A DNA stretch of 64,000 nt from Chiloscyllium plagiosum (taxonomy: Eukaryota). The stretch covers positions 6,313,277 to 6,377,276 of the forward strand of contig NC_057753.1 in the NCBI RefSeq assembly GCF_004010195.1. Direction: 5' to 3'. Positions 51,398 to 63,567 of this stretch are shown one piece after another. Under the pieces are notes generated by a model that was given only the letters and a program-made list of their open reading frames with translations, was not told where the DNA came from and made no database searches. Position 1 is the stretch's first letter; each line of letters starts with the position of its first letter. The translations under genes and the position numbers were made by a program.

Positions 51398-52084
51398 CAT
51401 TTTTGTCTTGTTAGTTTTGATTTAACTGATCCACCTCCACTTTGTTCTATATCTAAAAGTGATTTTCACATCTACAACACTGTCCCCTCCACACTCCCTG
51501 TTGGTTTCAAAATACCTTCTACTCGTTTAATGAAGACTTGGAGATGAAAAATGTTGGCAGATCCACTGTCAGTCACTCACATTATTAGTTGTTTTTTCCC
51601 CTATGCCTGGCAGATATATATATATATGTATATATGTATTTTCACAGTGACAGTCAGATCTTCCAACATAACTTAGAATTTGAACTGTTCTGAGCATGCC
51701 TCTATTTAATGTTCGTATTCTTGTGAGTAACTCCATTGTCTCACTTCTCCAGTTAATGTCATTGACCTCTATGTTTCATATTTCTCCAGCTTGTCACTTC
51801 TAAACTAATTGTCCACTTCTATTTCATACTGCATTTATCTCCCTCTGTATTTGCCATTGACATTTTCGGCTCCCTCGAGTATCAAGTGTTGGCATGATGG
51901 AGTGCAGAGACAATTGACTGCATTGAATTAGCTTCAGTATCACATGCGCTCTCATGAGCACAGAGCAAGTTATACAAGTCGTCACATATAGCAACCTCTC
52001 AGTTACAAGATACCTCGGTTCATATTATTAAGATTTTGTTAATGTTAGATCAAACAATTAAGAAATATGAAGTCCAGGAGAGGT

Positions 52085-52930
52085 CTAACTCGTCCAATTC
52101 CGCTTCAGATGTTTAGGGAGAAATGAGGATTTGATAACCCAACATGAATGAAGCATGGGGTTGTTGTTACAGAGCTTCTGGTTCTGCAACCTGAACAACG
52201 CATGGAGTGAACGCTGCAGAGTGAGGAAACATGGAGCGAGTGCATGTGGGAAAGTTTTCTGCCATATCCATCCGGATTTTTCCAAAGTACCAACGAGCAC
52301 AATAAACATAATTCAGAAGTGTACCGTGAGATGACTGTGATTCAACAAGGAACGAATCACAGTTCGATGTCACCTCATAAAACATAACTTGTGGATTGAC
52401 AACAGGGTGAGCACAGTGCTGGCAGTGGCTGTTAAAATCACAGCTCCATTGATCTTCTATTATCCGGAACATTCCAGGCAGGAACACTTGACATATATCA
52501 TGTATAATGATATGTGTGAATCCATTCGCTGGTGGAGGGCCTCTAAGGTGGGCGAGGTGAATAAAATATTCCTCCAATCATCATGTTGCTGTCAGTTATA
52601 TCCTTGTTTTCGCAGGATAGCGGGATTCCTGAAAGTATCCATTGTTGTGCAGGTTCCCCGAAACAATAGAGAGAGGTAGAGGAACTGATGGAACTCTCAA
52701 TCCATTAATATTGGAGTGTGATCGTGAATAGCCCGTTATTCTGGTGAATACCTATTGACCTGGCAGCAACCATACGCTCGTCATTCAGAAGAAGCATTGC
52801 GTTTTTTTCCTCTTCAAGTAGCCAATCAATAGAAAGAATGACATTTCGCAAAAGGCCGACCCCTTGATACAAAACAGAAAACATTCTCTCCCTCATCTTT
52901 CCTACCAGTAAACAATCAAATCAAAATACC
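52085..52930 (-). pseudogene. Possible highly decayed adhesion-GPCR-like 7TM exon
   Basis: Frame-merged 'HQFLYLSLLF..DITDSNMMI..P..Y..C..AVILTATASTVLTLLSIHKL..LTLQRSLHALF', spaced like ADGRF TM3-TM7; acceptor-like ttctcagtcacag near 52930. Confidence 0.3.
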
Positions 52931-52999
52931 TGTGACTGAGAACAATGGAATCAACGTAAACATAAGGGAGCAGACTTCCACTGTCTGAAACAGTCGGAG

Positions 53000-55100
53000 T
53001 CAATCATCCCGTACACATCACATTGTACAATGAAGTGCTATAATCTCTCTTCATTTAAGTAAAATGCTGCCTTCCATTTTTCTCGGGAAAGGAAAATGAC
53101 CGATTCGCAATTACTCACGTTATATTCCACCTGTGGAATTACTATTCGTTGACTTAACCTGTCTTCATCCATTTGCAGAATGTCCCCTTTTCTTGATAAT
53201 ATGATTTTCTTTGTCTTATGAAAATGTGAGTTAAAAATGTTTTTTGCACTCCTCAAAATCATTGAAGAAGTTTGCAAATCGTTGAGGACCCAACACTGAT
53301 TAATGTGTTACGCCACTAGTTACGTTCTGTAAATCTGATAAGCCTGGCTTAAGTTGAATGCCTCTTTTAGGTTTGAGAAACAGTCTTCTCTCTTTCCTTG
53401 GGACCACATTCGAATGGCTGAATGTTGTATAGGAACAATAAGCATCGGTAGGCAATTAGGAGCCTACAGCTTGCTCCACCATCGTCATTACTGGTCTCAT
53501 CTTGGACTCAGTACAAGTTTCCTGGGGGCATCCATATCATTCATTCACTCAATGTTCCAGCACCACGCCACTGTGCGATTGCGAATTGCATTGATTCAGA
53601 AACATTTGAGGGAAGTAAGTTCTCCACATCGTATGTTTTAAATTTGCTTTGCATTAACCTAATACTAAGATCAATTATTCTACATTGCCATACATGATGA
53701 CATATCAGCTCCAATCCTACACCGTTAGTTCATTCTACCATCTTAAATTCCTCAATGAAATTTTCTCTTTCTCTGCTAAATTGCAGAAAGCATAAACCTG
53801 AACCGCTCATTCATTCTCCAAAAAAGCAAACTCCACATCTCTGAATCAATCTATTCATCTTGTTCTGAACTGCTTCTGATGTTTCTACAGGCCTGCGAAA
53901 GAAGGCGCACCACACTGTACACAGTGCTCCAATTGCAGTCTCAATAATGCCTTGTTTATTTACCGCAACACTTCCTTACTTTTGTGCTCAATTCTTTTGG
54001 AAATAAACTTTGTAATGTCATTTGCCTTCCTTGTTACCTGCTGTCACTGCATACGAGCTATTTTTGTGATTTGAGCAAGTACCCTCTGCATCAAAGCGCT
54101 CTGACGTTTCTCTCCATTTAGATAATAAATTGCCTTTATATTTCTCCACCAAAATTGATAACCTCACCCTTATCGAAGTGAAATTTCATTGGTCAGATGT
54201 TGGCTCATTGGAGTCCAACAGATTTAATTGGAAGTGAAATTATACTTTGAAAAATAAGTTGATTGTTTGTTGAGTCTTTCATCAGTTCGAATTTCATGAT
54301 CGTTTCACTTCTTTCATGTGTAAATCACAAAACTGGTTTTTAAGTTGTTTTCGAACAGATGAAAGACACAACAAACACTCAAGGCAATTTTCAATGTATA
54401 ATTTCAGTTATATCACACTAAAACCTTTTGTTATAACTTCTGTCTTACAATTGTATCCCTCCACAACCACCTGATTAAGGTGCGGCGCTCCAAAAGGTAG
54501 TGTGCTTCGAATTAAATCTGTTGGACTATAACCTGATGTTGTGTGATTTTTAACTTTGTACACCCCAGCCAACACCTGCATCTCCAAATCGTTGGCCCAT
54601 TCAGTTAACCTATCCATACCCATTTCTAAATATCTTAAACTTTCATTGAAACGTACTTGCCCACCGATTTTAGTGTCATAGAATGTTTGCCTCACTTATT
54701 TTCTATCTCTCCACCGAAGTAATAAATTGGATTTCAATCAGTTGAGGCCTGAGGAACAAACTCTATGACACACCACGGGTTACGTTTTGGCCAATCCTTT
54801 GCAAGCCAGTTGATTACTCCTGATCCCATTTGCTCTTATCTTAGGCAATGATACATTGCACGATACCTTATGCAGTACCTCTTGCAAGCCCAGATATTCG
54901 ACATGAACAGGATCCCCATTATCCAATTCGCATGTAGCTTCCTTTCAGATCTCATGCGAACAATTAAAACATGATTTAGCATTCATAAATCCATGTTGAC
55001 GCTGATGGATTGTGATTTAATTTTGCAAATGTCTTGTTAATACTTTTTTGAAGAATGGATTGTCCCAGTTTACCCAAAATCTCAAGGACATTCTGACTAC
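53000..55100 (-). mobile_element. Old, heavily decayed CR1 LINE fragments
   Basis: 'FYDTKIGG..MDRLTEWAND' (about 54590-54690) and 'QVEYNVSNCESVIF' (53038-53277). Confidence 0.65.
54210..54590. mobile_element. Palindromic Penelope pLTR-only insertion with an 11-bp TSD
   Basis: Inverted arms agtccaacagatttaattggaag / cttcgaattaaatctgttggact; TSD gttggcYcatt at 54199-54209 and 54591-54601; decayed hammerhead at 54468-54502. Confidence 0.82.
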
Positions 55101-55329
55101 TTTTTTATACTCGACTGAAGATTATTCAAAGTTCCATTCACTCTCTAACTCTTTATGTTGCGTTGCGATTTCTGTGTAATAGGCAAAATTCATCAAACTT
55201 CTACTCCAATTGCTGTGTAAGAGGGATGAGTGGCGAAATGAGTACATTCTGTTCCTGACTTTGAAACTCGATGGACTGAATATCTTCTGGAGTTCCTCCG
55301 TTAAAGTCTCAATGGGCAGAATGTCCTAC

Positions 55330-55900
55330 TCCCCATCCTGAGCAATATCTGAATGTCCCCCTCCAGTCAATGTTCAAGAAGCTTGAGGCTTATAGAATCT
55401 TCCTGTTGCGACATAACATTGTGAACTGCGGAAGGGCTTCCTCGTGTTCCTCCATAACAGGCTTCAGATTATGGAGAATCTCCTCTTACACCCTGAGAAG
55501 TGATCCACGGAGTGATTGGTCTTTTCCCATTGCCATGCAAGTGGTCTGAAATACCTTCGCCGGCTCTCATAAAGCAATCTCCAATTGTTTTGTTGCCATT
55601 CTCCAATCCCTGTGCAGCAGGTTGTATGTGCTTAATGACCTCATCATATTCCAGTGTGAAAAGGTCCAAACACATTGTGGTCTCTTCTATTTCTTATATT
55701 GCAAACGTGAGAACGCTGAGTGGACTCACCTTGTTGAGGTATTGGAGGATATCAGTATTTCATGGTTTATTCTGCATCATCCTGTGTTATAGTCCCGAGG
55801 AGATGACAGACCTCTTTCTGTAACTACATCAGGCTCCAAGGGCTGAATATCCTCGTTTTCTGGTGTAACATGGTCAAAGGCCTCAATTTGTTTCTGCTGT
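55330..55900 (+). pseudogene. Possible highly decayed adhesion-GPCR-like 7TM exon
   Basis: Frame-merged 'YL..AYRIFLLRHN..DYGESPL..CKW..PALI..SSISYIA..RLQGLNILVFWC', resembling ADGRF YL..YR..GYGCPL..CWL..PALI..QGLFILxFGC. Confidence 0.38.
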
Positions 55901-56599
55901 TCCTCTGTTACCAGTTGGGAAAACATAAAATGTTTCTCCTTTCCTTGTGTAAATGGCTTCTATCCCGGGCCCATTATGATCTTATATTCTAATTTAAAGT
56001 CATCTTTTATTCAAGGAATTCCAATGTGCACTGCCCCAAATTACTCATTTTTTTCTTCGTGTAGTAACCCGTTCATTGCTGAAATCAATTGAATGAACGA
56101 TCGCTGTGCTGAATCCAATGCAACAACAGCATTCCTTCAGTGACGTTTCTAAAGCTGTACACAGTGTTCCCTTTGTGATATCACTAAGGTCCTTTACAGA
56201 GGCAACATTACTTCCCCAGCCTCGTTTAAGGTTTCCACCCAGGTTAGAGCTGTCTCAGAAGCCAGGAATGAACAGCATTGTAGAAAGGTTATTTTGCTTC
56301 TCTAGTCCAGCAGCACAATGGGAATATGTTGAAAATGTCACAAAGATCCTTCATAACGATGAATCAGAAGCGGCGAAGCAATCTCATATTCGAGATAGGC
56401 CTGATTGATCATTTCTCTTAAACCTATAATTAATCTCGACAAGGCCCAAGTCGCTCGCGATTTTCACAGAATTTGATAAGGTGGAAACAACAAGGAGAAT
56501 CGAACATTATTGGTCGTTATATATCAAAATAAAATCTGACCAGATTAGTGCATGTCATAAATCAGCAAATTAGATATAAAAGTTCACAGGCACTGCGGA

Positions 56600-57937
56600 A
56601 ATAAAGGGCGAATTCAAGTTGCAGCTGAACTGTGTAAACTAAGTGAACGCTAATGCTGTGAAAAGTTTTTTAGATGAGCGTGCATGGCATGGCATGTGAC
56701 CATAAGAGCTAATTGAAATCCTTGCTGTAAAGGATCTTTGAGAATAGCGATCGTAATAAATTGAATTTTACATGCTATCTGATTACAAAAAAGTTTCCTT
56801 TTAAACATGGAAATACGAGTAAGTAATGCAAGTTATGACAGTATGAGGGACAAGTTGGCTTCAGTGAAATGCAAAAAAAAAATGGAAGGCAGGCAATGGC
56901 TTTCTTAACAGGAGCACTGGAAGTTGAAAAATATTGTTATATTGTGAAAATGCCAAAAAGTTTAGTGACAGCAATCGAAAACAACAGATTGAAAGATTAA
57001 ATTAATTCAAAGGAAGCAGCTCAGTAATTGTGAGAAGCCAGTGCATTCAGAGAAATTTAAAACTCAGCAAAGGAGGAAAAAGTAATTGACAAGGAAATGA
57101 AAAATAACGAGAACATGAATGCAAGCTAAGAAGAAGTGGAAAGAATGTCATAAAATTACTGTCATTATTTCAAAGGAAACTAAAAGCAAAATTGCATGTG
57201 ATACACTGGCTATGCAATCAAGAGCAGATATTGTTGAAAACTGTGAAGTTACAATGGAACTGACCAGTTTTGTGTTTGTACACATGGAGGAAGATTCATT
57301 GAATGTCCCAGATATGCTAAGTAACCACGGAATTGTGTTAGTGAAAACCAAAATCATACATACCATCAACGAAGCCACATTTGAAAACATAGATGGCTTA
57401 AGCATTGAAAAATCCAAAGTGCAAGAAGGAGTTCATGCCACAATTTCGGAGAAAGCAGCAAACGATACATTGATTACATTGATTATCACTGTCATGTCCC
57501 ACTACATTGTGAAAGACATTTTGGATAACTGGAAGGTTCTAAACGTAACCCAACTGTTTTAGAAAGGAAAGAGAGTGAGAGTTGAGAACTACAGACCAGT
57601 TAATTTGTAGTCCAGAATTGTCATTTTTCGGGAATCTATGAAAACGATGCGATAGTTGATATTTGGAATACATTTCTATTGGAGAGAATTAATACTTTTT
57701 TTATCTAAGGAAAATCCTCATCGAAAAGCTTTTTCTTTGGGAATTTTTACAGGTGTGTCTTTTTTAGATGTAGGTAATGGAGAACTAGTCTTTCTTTGTT
57801 AATTGCAAATTCTGGAGATTGCTTCTTTTTGTGAACTCGCACAGTGAGTTAGTAAGTAAAGCAAAACGGTAGTTTGTTATGGGGGCAGAACTGGTGCAAA
57901 TAGAAAGGTAAAATGTAAGATAGTCTTCATTTCAAAG
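56600..57937 (+). mobile_element. Old CR1 ORF2 fragments; resumes after 60277
   Basis: 'DNWKVLNVTQLF*KGK..ENYRPVNL' at about 57525-57607. Confidence 0.7.
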
Positions 57938-58030
57938 TCATGATTTGGAGATGCCGGTGTTGGACTGGGGTGTACAAAGTTAAAAGTCACACAACACCAG
58001 GTCATAATCCAACAGGCTTAATTGGAAGAA

Positions 58031-58065
58031 CACTAGCTTTCGGAGCGCCGCTCCTTCATCAGGTG
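58031..58065 (-). ncRNA. Minimal hammerhead ribozyme motif with an intact core
   Basis: Minus strand CAC-CUGAUGA-A-GGAGC-ggc-GCUCC-GAAA-GC-UA-GUG; palindromic AGCU. The opposite-strand copy at 60191-60225 has GAAA changed to AAAA. Confidence 0.78.
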
Positions 58066-58429
58066 ATTGTGTAAGTCACAGAATTTACAGCAAACATTTA
58101 CAGTGTGATGTAACTGAAATTATACATTAAAAAATACCTTGATAGTCTGTTGAGACTACCATGGAAGTTTCACTTCTTTCATGTGTAAATCACAAAATCG
58201 TTTGTATAAGTTGCATTCTCAGGTTAGCTGTAAAATTGATGTTAGCTTGACAATATGTTAAAGGTGTTATCTCCCTGTATTCTCTGTCTATGCCATGTTG
58301 TTTAGAATGATTATAATCTAAAAAGACAGATAACAGAATTTTACATGAATTCATGCAGTTTTTGAGCAAAGTACAATGTAACTCTGCAAGTAAAATTTCA
58401 CCCAACAAAATATATGTGTTCATGTGGAT

Positions 58430-58790
58430 CTTCGTGTCTCTCTCTGTGTGTCTGTCTGTGTTGGGGGTTGTGAGTGTGAGAGAGAGAGTGTAAATGTATT
58501 TTTAGTTAGTGTACAATGTCTTAAGTCTGTGAGGGAGTCCACGTGTGATTGTGAGTGTGTGCGCATGTCTGGGATGGGGGGTTGTGAGTGTCTGTGTGAG
58601 AGAATATTTTTGTGTGTGCATGAGTGTAGTGGCCCAAGTCTCTGAGAATATGCCTGTGTGAGTGTGGGAGTGTGTGTGTCTGTAAGGGTGTGTGTGAGTG
58701 TCTGTGTGCGTGTCTGTGTATATGTAGGTCCGTGTGTATGTGTGTATATAGGAGTGCCTCTGTGTGTATGTGTGTGTGCATCTGCGTGTG
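58430..58790. repeat. Degenerate (TG)n-rich low-complexity tract within the PLE 3' region
   Basis: Seen directly in the sequence. Confidence 0.85.
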
Positions 58791-59748
58791 TGGGAGTTTT
58801 TGCCTATAGGAGTGTCTGTGTACGTGTATAGTGCAATGGTGGTCACCTGTAATGTGACATGAATCCAAGGTCCCGGTTGAGGCCCTCCCATGGGTACTGA
58901 ACTTAACTATCAATCTCTGCTCGGCCACTTTTCGCTGCTGTTCGTCCTGAAGTCCGCCTTGGAGGATGGTCACCCGAAGTTCCGAGGTCGAATGTCCTGG
59001 ACCACTGATGTGTTCTCCACCTGGGAGGGAATACATCTGTCTGTTGATTGTTGTGCATTGCCCATTCATCCGTTGTCGTAGCCCTAAGCACGGTTTCCCC
59101 AATGTAATGTGCCTCAGGGCATCCTTGCCTTCAATGTCTGAGATAGACAACGTTCGCTTTGTCACATGAGTACCTGTCACGTACCAGGTGGGACGTGTCC
59201 CCACGTGTAATGGTGATATCCATGTCCACACTCTGACACGTCTTGCATATAGGAGTGCCTCTGTGTGTATGTGTGTGTGCATCTGCGTGTGTGGGAGTTT
59301 TTGCCTATAGGAGTGTCTGTGTACGTGTACAGTGCAATGGTGGTCACCTGTAATGTGACATGAATGCAAGGTCCCGGTTGAAGCCCTCCCATGGGTACTG
59401 AACTTAACTATCAGCCTCTGCTCGGCCACTTTTCGCTGCTGTTCGTCCTGAAGTCCGCCTTGGAGGATGGTCACCCGAAGTTCCGAGGTCGAATGTCCTG
59501 GACCACTGATGAGTTCTCCACCTGGGAGGGAATACATCTGTCTGTTGATTGTTGTGCGTTGCCCATTAATCCGTTGTCGTAGCCCTAAGCTTGGTTTCCC
59601 CAATGTAATGTGCCTCAGGGCATCCTTGCCTTCAATGTCTGAGATAGACAACGTTGGCTTTGTCACATGAGTACTTGTCACGTACCAGGTGGGAGGTGTC
59701 CCCACGTGTAATGGTGATATCCATGTCCACACTCTGACACGTCTTGCA
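58747..59748. repeat. 501-bp direct tandem duplication within the PLE endonuclease
   Basis: ggagtgcctctgtg at 58751 and 59252; both units end gacacgtcttgca. Confidence 0.95.
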
Positions 59749-60276
59749 GCGCCTGCCGTGACAGGGTTGTATGGAGTTGTCCTGAGTGCCGGGCAGCTCA
59801 GTACTCAACACCAACAACTGCCAATCTCCAAATACCATCCTACAACTCATCCGCTTTATCCTCAATCACAACATCTTCACCATTGACAACCAGTTCTTCA
59901 TCCAGACACATTGAACAGCCATGGGGACTAAATTGGCACCCCAATATGCCAACATCTGAATGCACAGGTTCGAACAAGACTTCTTCCCTACGCAGGATCT
60001 CCAACCAACATTATACACCAGGTACATTGACGAAATTTTCTTCCTCTGGACCCATGTCGAATAGTCACTGATAAAACAACATAGTGATAAAACTACACGA
60101 TCAAGGTATTTTTCAACGTATAATTTCAGTAACATCACATTCTAATTTTTTGATATAAATTTTGTGCCTTACATTTGTGTCCTCCACAACCATCTGATGA
60201 AGGAGTGGCGCTCCAAAAGCTAGTGTGCTTCAAATTGAACCGGTTGGACAATAACCTGGTGTTGTGTGATTTTTAA

Positions 60277-62830
60277 CTTCATTTCAAAGGGCAGAGAGAA
60301 AAGAAGTTAAGACACCTTGCAGCAGTTCCACCGAGATTCGCTGAGACTGTACATGGAGAATTATGTGCAGCTTTGGTCACTGATCTAAGGAAGAACACAT
60401 AGACTATCGAGGAAGCACAATTGACATTTCCAGATTAATTCCGGAGCTGGCAAATTGCCGGATGAAGAAGATCGACCTCTCTTCATTAAAGCTTCACATA
60501 ATCTCTGGTGATCTCACTGAAACATGGAAAATTCGTAAAATAGTTTGGCTAACACGGGGACGTGCAAAAATGCCAGCAGGCAATATTAGGGATAATTCCA
60601 AGACATTCTATAAGTGCGTCAGGCAGAAACGAATTACCAGGAAATAATTAGCGCCATTTAGAAACCAAAGTGATAGTCGCTGCATGAGACTGCAGAACAT
60701 TGCTGGATTGTTAAATGAGAATTTCAAATTTGGTTCATTTGGGTCAAGTAGGATGCAACTACATAATTCAAAATGATACACTGTGAAGCCAGGAGGGTTT
60801 GAGGATTTTGGTGGGTTCAGATTTAGACGATTTCACAGATCCAGATCACTTGTATTAAATACTGTTTTGGAAAATGAGAAAGGAAAGTCCTGACCCAAAA
60901 CTTTAAGTCGCGTCTGAAGAGATGCCAGAGGAGCGGAGACGATTTAATATGGTTAGACTCTATTGTAAGGCTGGTCGAGGTTTACCATGGAATAACAGAC
61001 CAGTATGTCTCATATTGGTGTTAAGGAAACTATCGGTGAAAATAGGGGAGGAAAAAAAAAAGATCTCTGCTTCTAGCTGCAAGGTATGATTAATGGTAGT
61101 CAGCATGATTTTATGGTAGAAAAATCGAGCTGAACAAGTGGATGACGTGGTTTATTTATTTATTTTTCTCAGCAAGGCCATTGATAAAGTTCCAGTTCAA
61201 GAATTGTTTAAACTATGTCGAATTTGATGGTGTCAAAGGAACTTTGCAAGTTGCATCCAAAATCATCTTAGCGGCATGAGTAGGAAGGTACTTGTAGAAG
61301 TTTATTTGTGTGACCAAAGATCAGTGTCTGGTAGAATGTCACACAAATAAGTGTTATGAAGATGAAGGTGTAACATATGATTTTGAATGTTAAAAGCTAG
61401 TCAAAATACCTGACAACACCAAGTGTTCAGAGCAAGATATGTTGTGAACATTTGGTTCAGCAGCCAGTGTGGCTGGTTTCCAGGAGACTAAAGCAAATTT
61501 AAATTAGACCAATCAGTTTGAATTACATTTTAAAAAAATCTCCAATCTTGTTTGAATTTAGAATATTGACAATATTAAAAGCCAATGACACAATCCGTAG
61601 CTTCAGGTTTATCAGACTGGGAAAGAAATGAACACTTGGGAAAAACTACTAAAAGACCAACAGATGTAGACTGCTAGACAGAAGTCTCTGAGAAGAATCT
61701 GTCTAGAGAAAGAATTTGGCCAGACAAAAAAGAAATCGACAACGACCTGGAGACCAAATTTGCAAAGTGAGAATTCAGTAGCTGGCTGGTTTTGAAATTT
61801 GAATTTTTCAGTTAATCATAATCGGGGGTTTTATTGGACTGGGGTTATGGAAGGGAAGGTAAAAGATAGGTTAGAGGAAGGAGTTTGAAATAGTCGTTAG
61901 TTAATTTTTCTCTGTTATATTTTAAATAATTCTTGGCACCTGGAATTTTCAGAGGTTATTGCAAGATAAATCTTTTCTGTGTTGCTGGTTTAACTTAAGC
62001 AGGAGGGTTTACTTCGTATCGTAACAGTGTGTCTCTTATTCTTTGTGGTATTCATAAATGATGTAGATGTAATCGTGGACGGGGGGTAAGGCAGTGCGAG
62101 AAGTAAGTTTCTGTTTGATATTAAATTTGGGTGGGTAGTTGCTAGTGAGGGACAAGGTTTTATGTTACAATCTTACACTTTGATAACAGGGAATGCAGAA
62201 TGAGGAACAGAAAAATTGCAGAACTACTAAATGAATACATCAGTTCAATTTTTACAGAAGAAATCGAAACAATAAAAAATCTCCCAAATATTAAGGACAC
62301 AGTTATTGTGAGATAACGATTTTAGAATGAAACGACTAAATATATGGCTTTGGAGAAATTAATAGAACTGGAAGTAATGGGCAGAGACAGAATCGTTGCT
62401 GCATTTCTTTTGAAATGGGCATTATTATTTGAAGATACGAATATAGATAAATTATGGAGAACTATTGGATACAGTTCATTTAGATTTTCATGTATTTTGG
62501 TTAAATATGCAATCTAGTGTGAAAAATCAAATCCTGGGAGGTTGAAGCTAATGCGGGGACATGTATGTACAATCGAAGAACTGATAATAAACACTGGCCA
62601 CGAATAAACTGTTTAGCTTTGGAATCGAAGGTGAGGTAGCTCTCTGTACTTGGAATCCAACTGCTTACAATACATATCAAAAATTGGGGTCAGGGAATAA
62701 CATGCAATAATTTCAATTATGTTAACGTTACAAGACTACAACATCCTTGTAAATCTTTTTTGAACACTTTAAAGTTTCACAACATCTTTTCGATAGGAAG
62801 GAGACCAGAATTGCATGCAATGTTCCAATG
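60277..62830 (+). mobile_element. Several old CR1 ORF2 fragments
   Basis: 'NIRDNSKTFYKCVRQKR'; aataacagaccagtatgtctc (NYRPVSL-like); ctaaatgaatacatcagttcaatttttaca (LNEY.SS.FT). Confidence 0.6.
61352..62026 (+). mobile_element. Probable solo LTR (about 675 bp) inserted in a CR1 RT
   Basis: Begins TGTTA and ends TAACA (inverted termini); non-coding; interrupts CR1 'GMSHK..LFFVVFINDVD'. No clear TSD. Confidence 0.55.
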
Positions 62831-63254
62831 TTGAGGTCAGTGCAGAAGAGAGAGAGAGGGAAAGAAACTGACACTGCCTTTGCTGTTTGAATTCATTATC
62901 GCTGGACATCGGTGTGCGTCTGTGAAAATGAACAAGCAGTGAACTTATCTTGCAGGAACTTATGGGTGAAGTTCACGGAACAGGAGCAGATGAGTGTATT
63001 GTGTTTGCAGTAGTGAGCAGAGTGGATTTTTTTCTTGATTATATGTTTTTGGAGATATGTCTCTTGATTAAACTTAAGATATAAGCCATAACTATTATTT
63101 TAAACTGGGACAGTGTTTATGCATGGACGGGTTGGACCGTAGGATCGGTTTCCATGCTGTACATCTCTCTGACTCAATACTCTATGGCTATATGGGATAC
63201 AGAGTATTGACGAGGGGGTAAACCTAAACGTTTATTGAGGAATGAAGACTCAAT

Positions 63255-63567
63255 GGCGACACGATTAGCTTCCCTACAGTTTGGAAACAGGCCCTTCGGC
63301 CCAACCACTCTACACCACCCCTCCGAAGAGAAACACATCCAGACCCATCTCAATCTGACTTTTGCACCTAGCATTATGGGCAACGTAGCATGGCCAATTC
63401 ACCTAACCTGCACATCTTTTGACACGAGGAGGAAACCGGAACTACCGGATGTAAACCCATGCAGACATGGGGAGAATGTACAAACTGCACACAGGCAGTT
63501 TTCGAGGCTGGAATCGAACCTTGGATCCTGGTGCTGCGAGGCAACAGCGCTGGTCACTGAGCCACCT
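63255..63567 (-). mobile_element. HE1-type SINE, full length
   Basis: ggaaacaggcccttcggccc tail; cacctaacctgcacatc core; reverse complements of a B box (ggaatcgaacc) and an A box (cactgagccacc). Confidence 0.9.

Larger units (their letters stand above)
45470..51400 (-). mobile_element. Near-full-length decayed CR1/HER1 LINE with a nested HE1 SINE and Penelope insertion
   Basis: RT remnants 45885-46750; EN 'NFPNIGW..DRPTRGAATL'; ORF1 SGNH-esterase-like 'VMCCVSGARVQHV..QVVVHLGINGI' (48970-49287); the 5' part resumes at 50406 and 51252. Confidence 0.88.
57938..60276. mobile_element. Composite Penelope-like insertion: pLTR and GIY-YIG on the minus strand, RT fragment and partial pLTR on the plus strand, 10-13-bp TSD
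   Basis: Minus EN 'PCHGRRCKTC..YSCDKANVVYL..LRQRINGQR..AEQRLIVKF'. Plus RT 'FILNHNIF..TAMGTKLAPQYANI..YTRYIDEIFFLW' (59835-60060). TSD cttcatttcaaag at 57925-57937 and 60277-60289. Confidence 0.9.

Noticed and set aside
52085..52930. Exon 2 of the GPR139-like gene
   Set aside because: It is on the wrong strand and lacks the expected class A motifs (TM2 D, DRF/DRY, TM7 N).
57119..57562. 147-aa ORF
   Set aside because: It is a decayed CR1 ORF2 linker leading into the NYRPV motif.
58521..59732. 403-aa ORF as a novel protein
   Set aside because: It is produced by the 501-bp (multiple of 3) duplication of a frameshifted Penelope endonuclease plus a stop-poor (CA)n tract.
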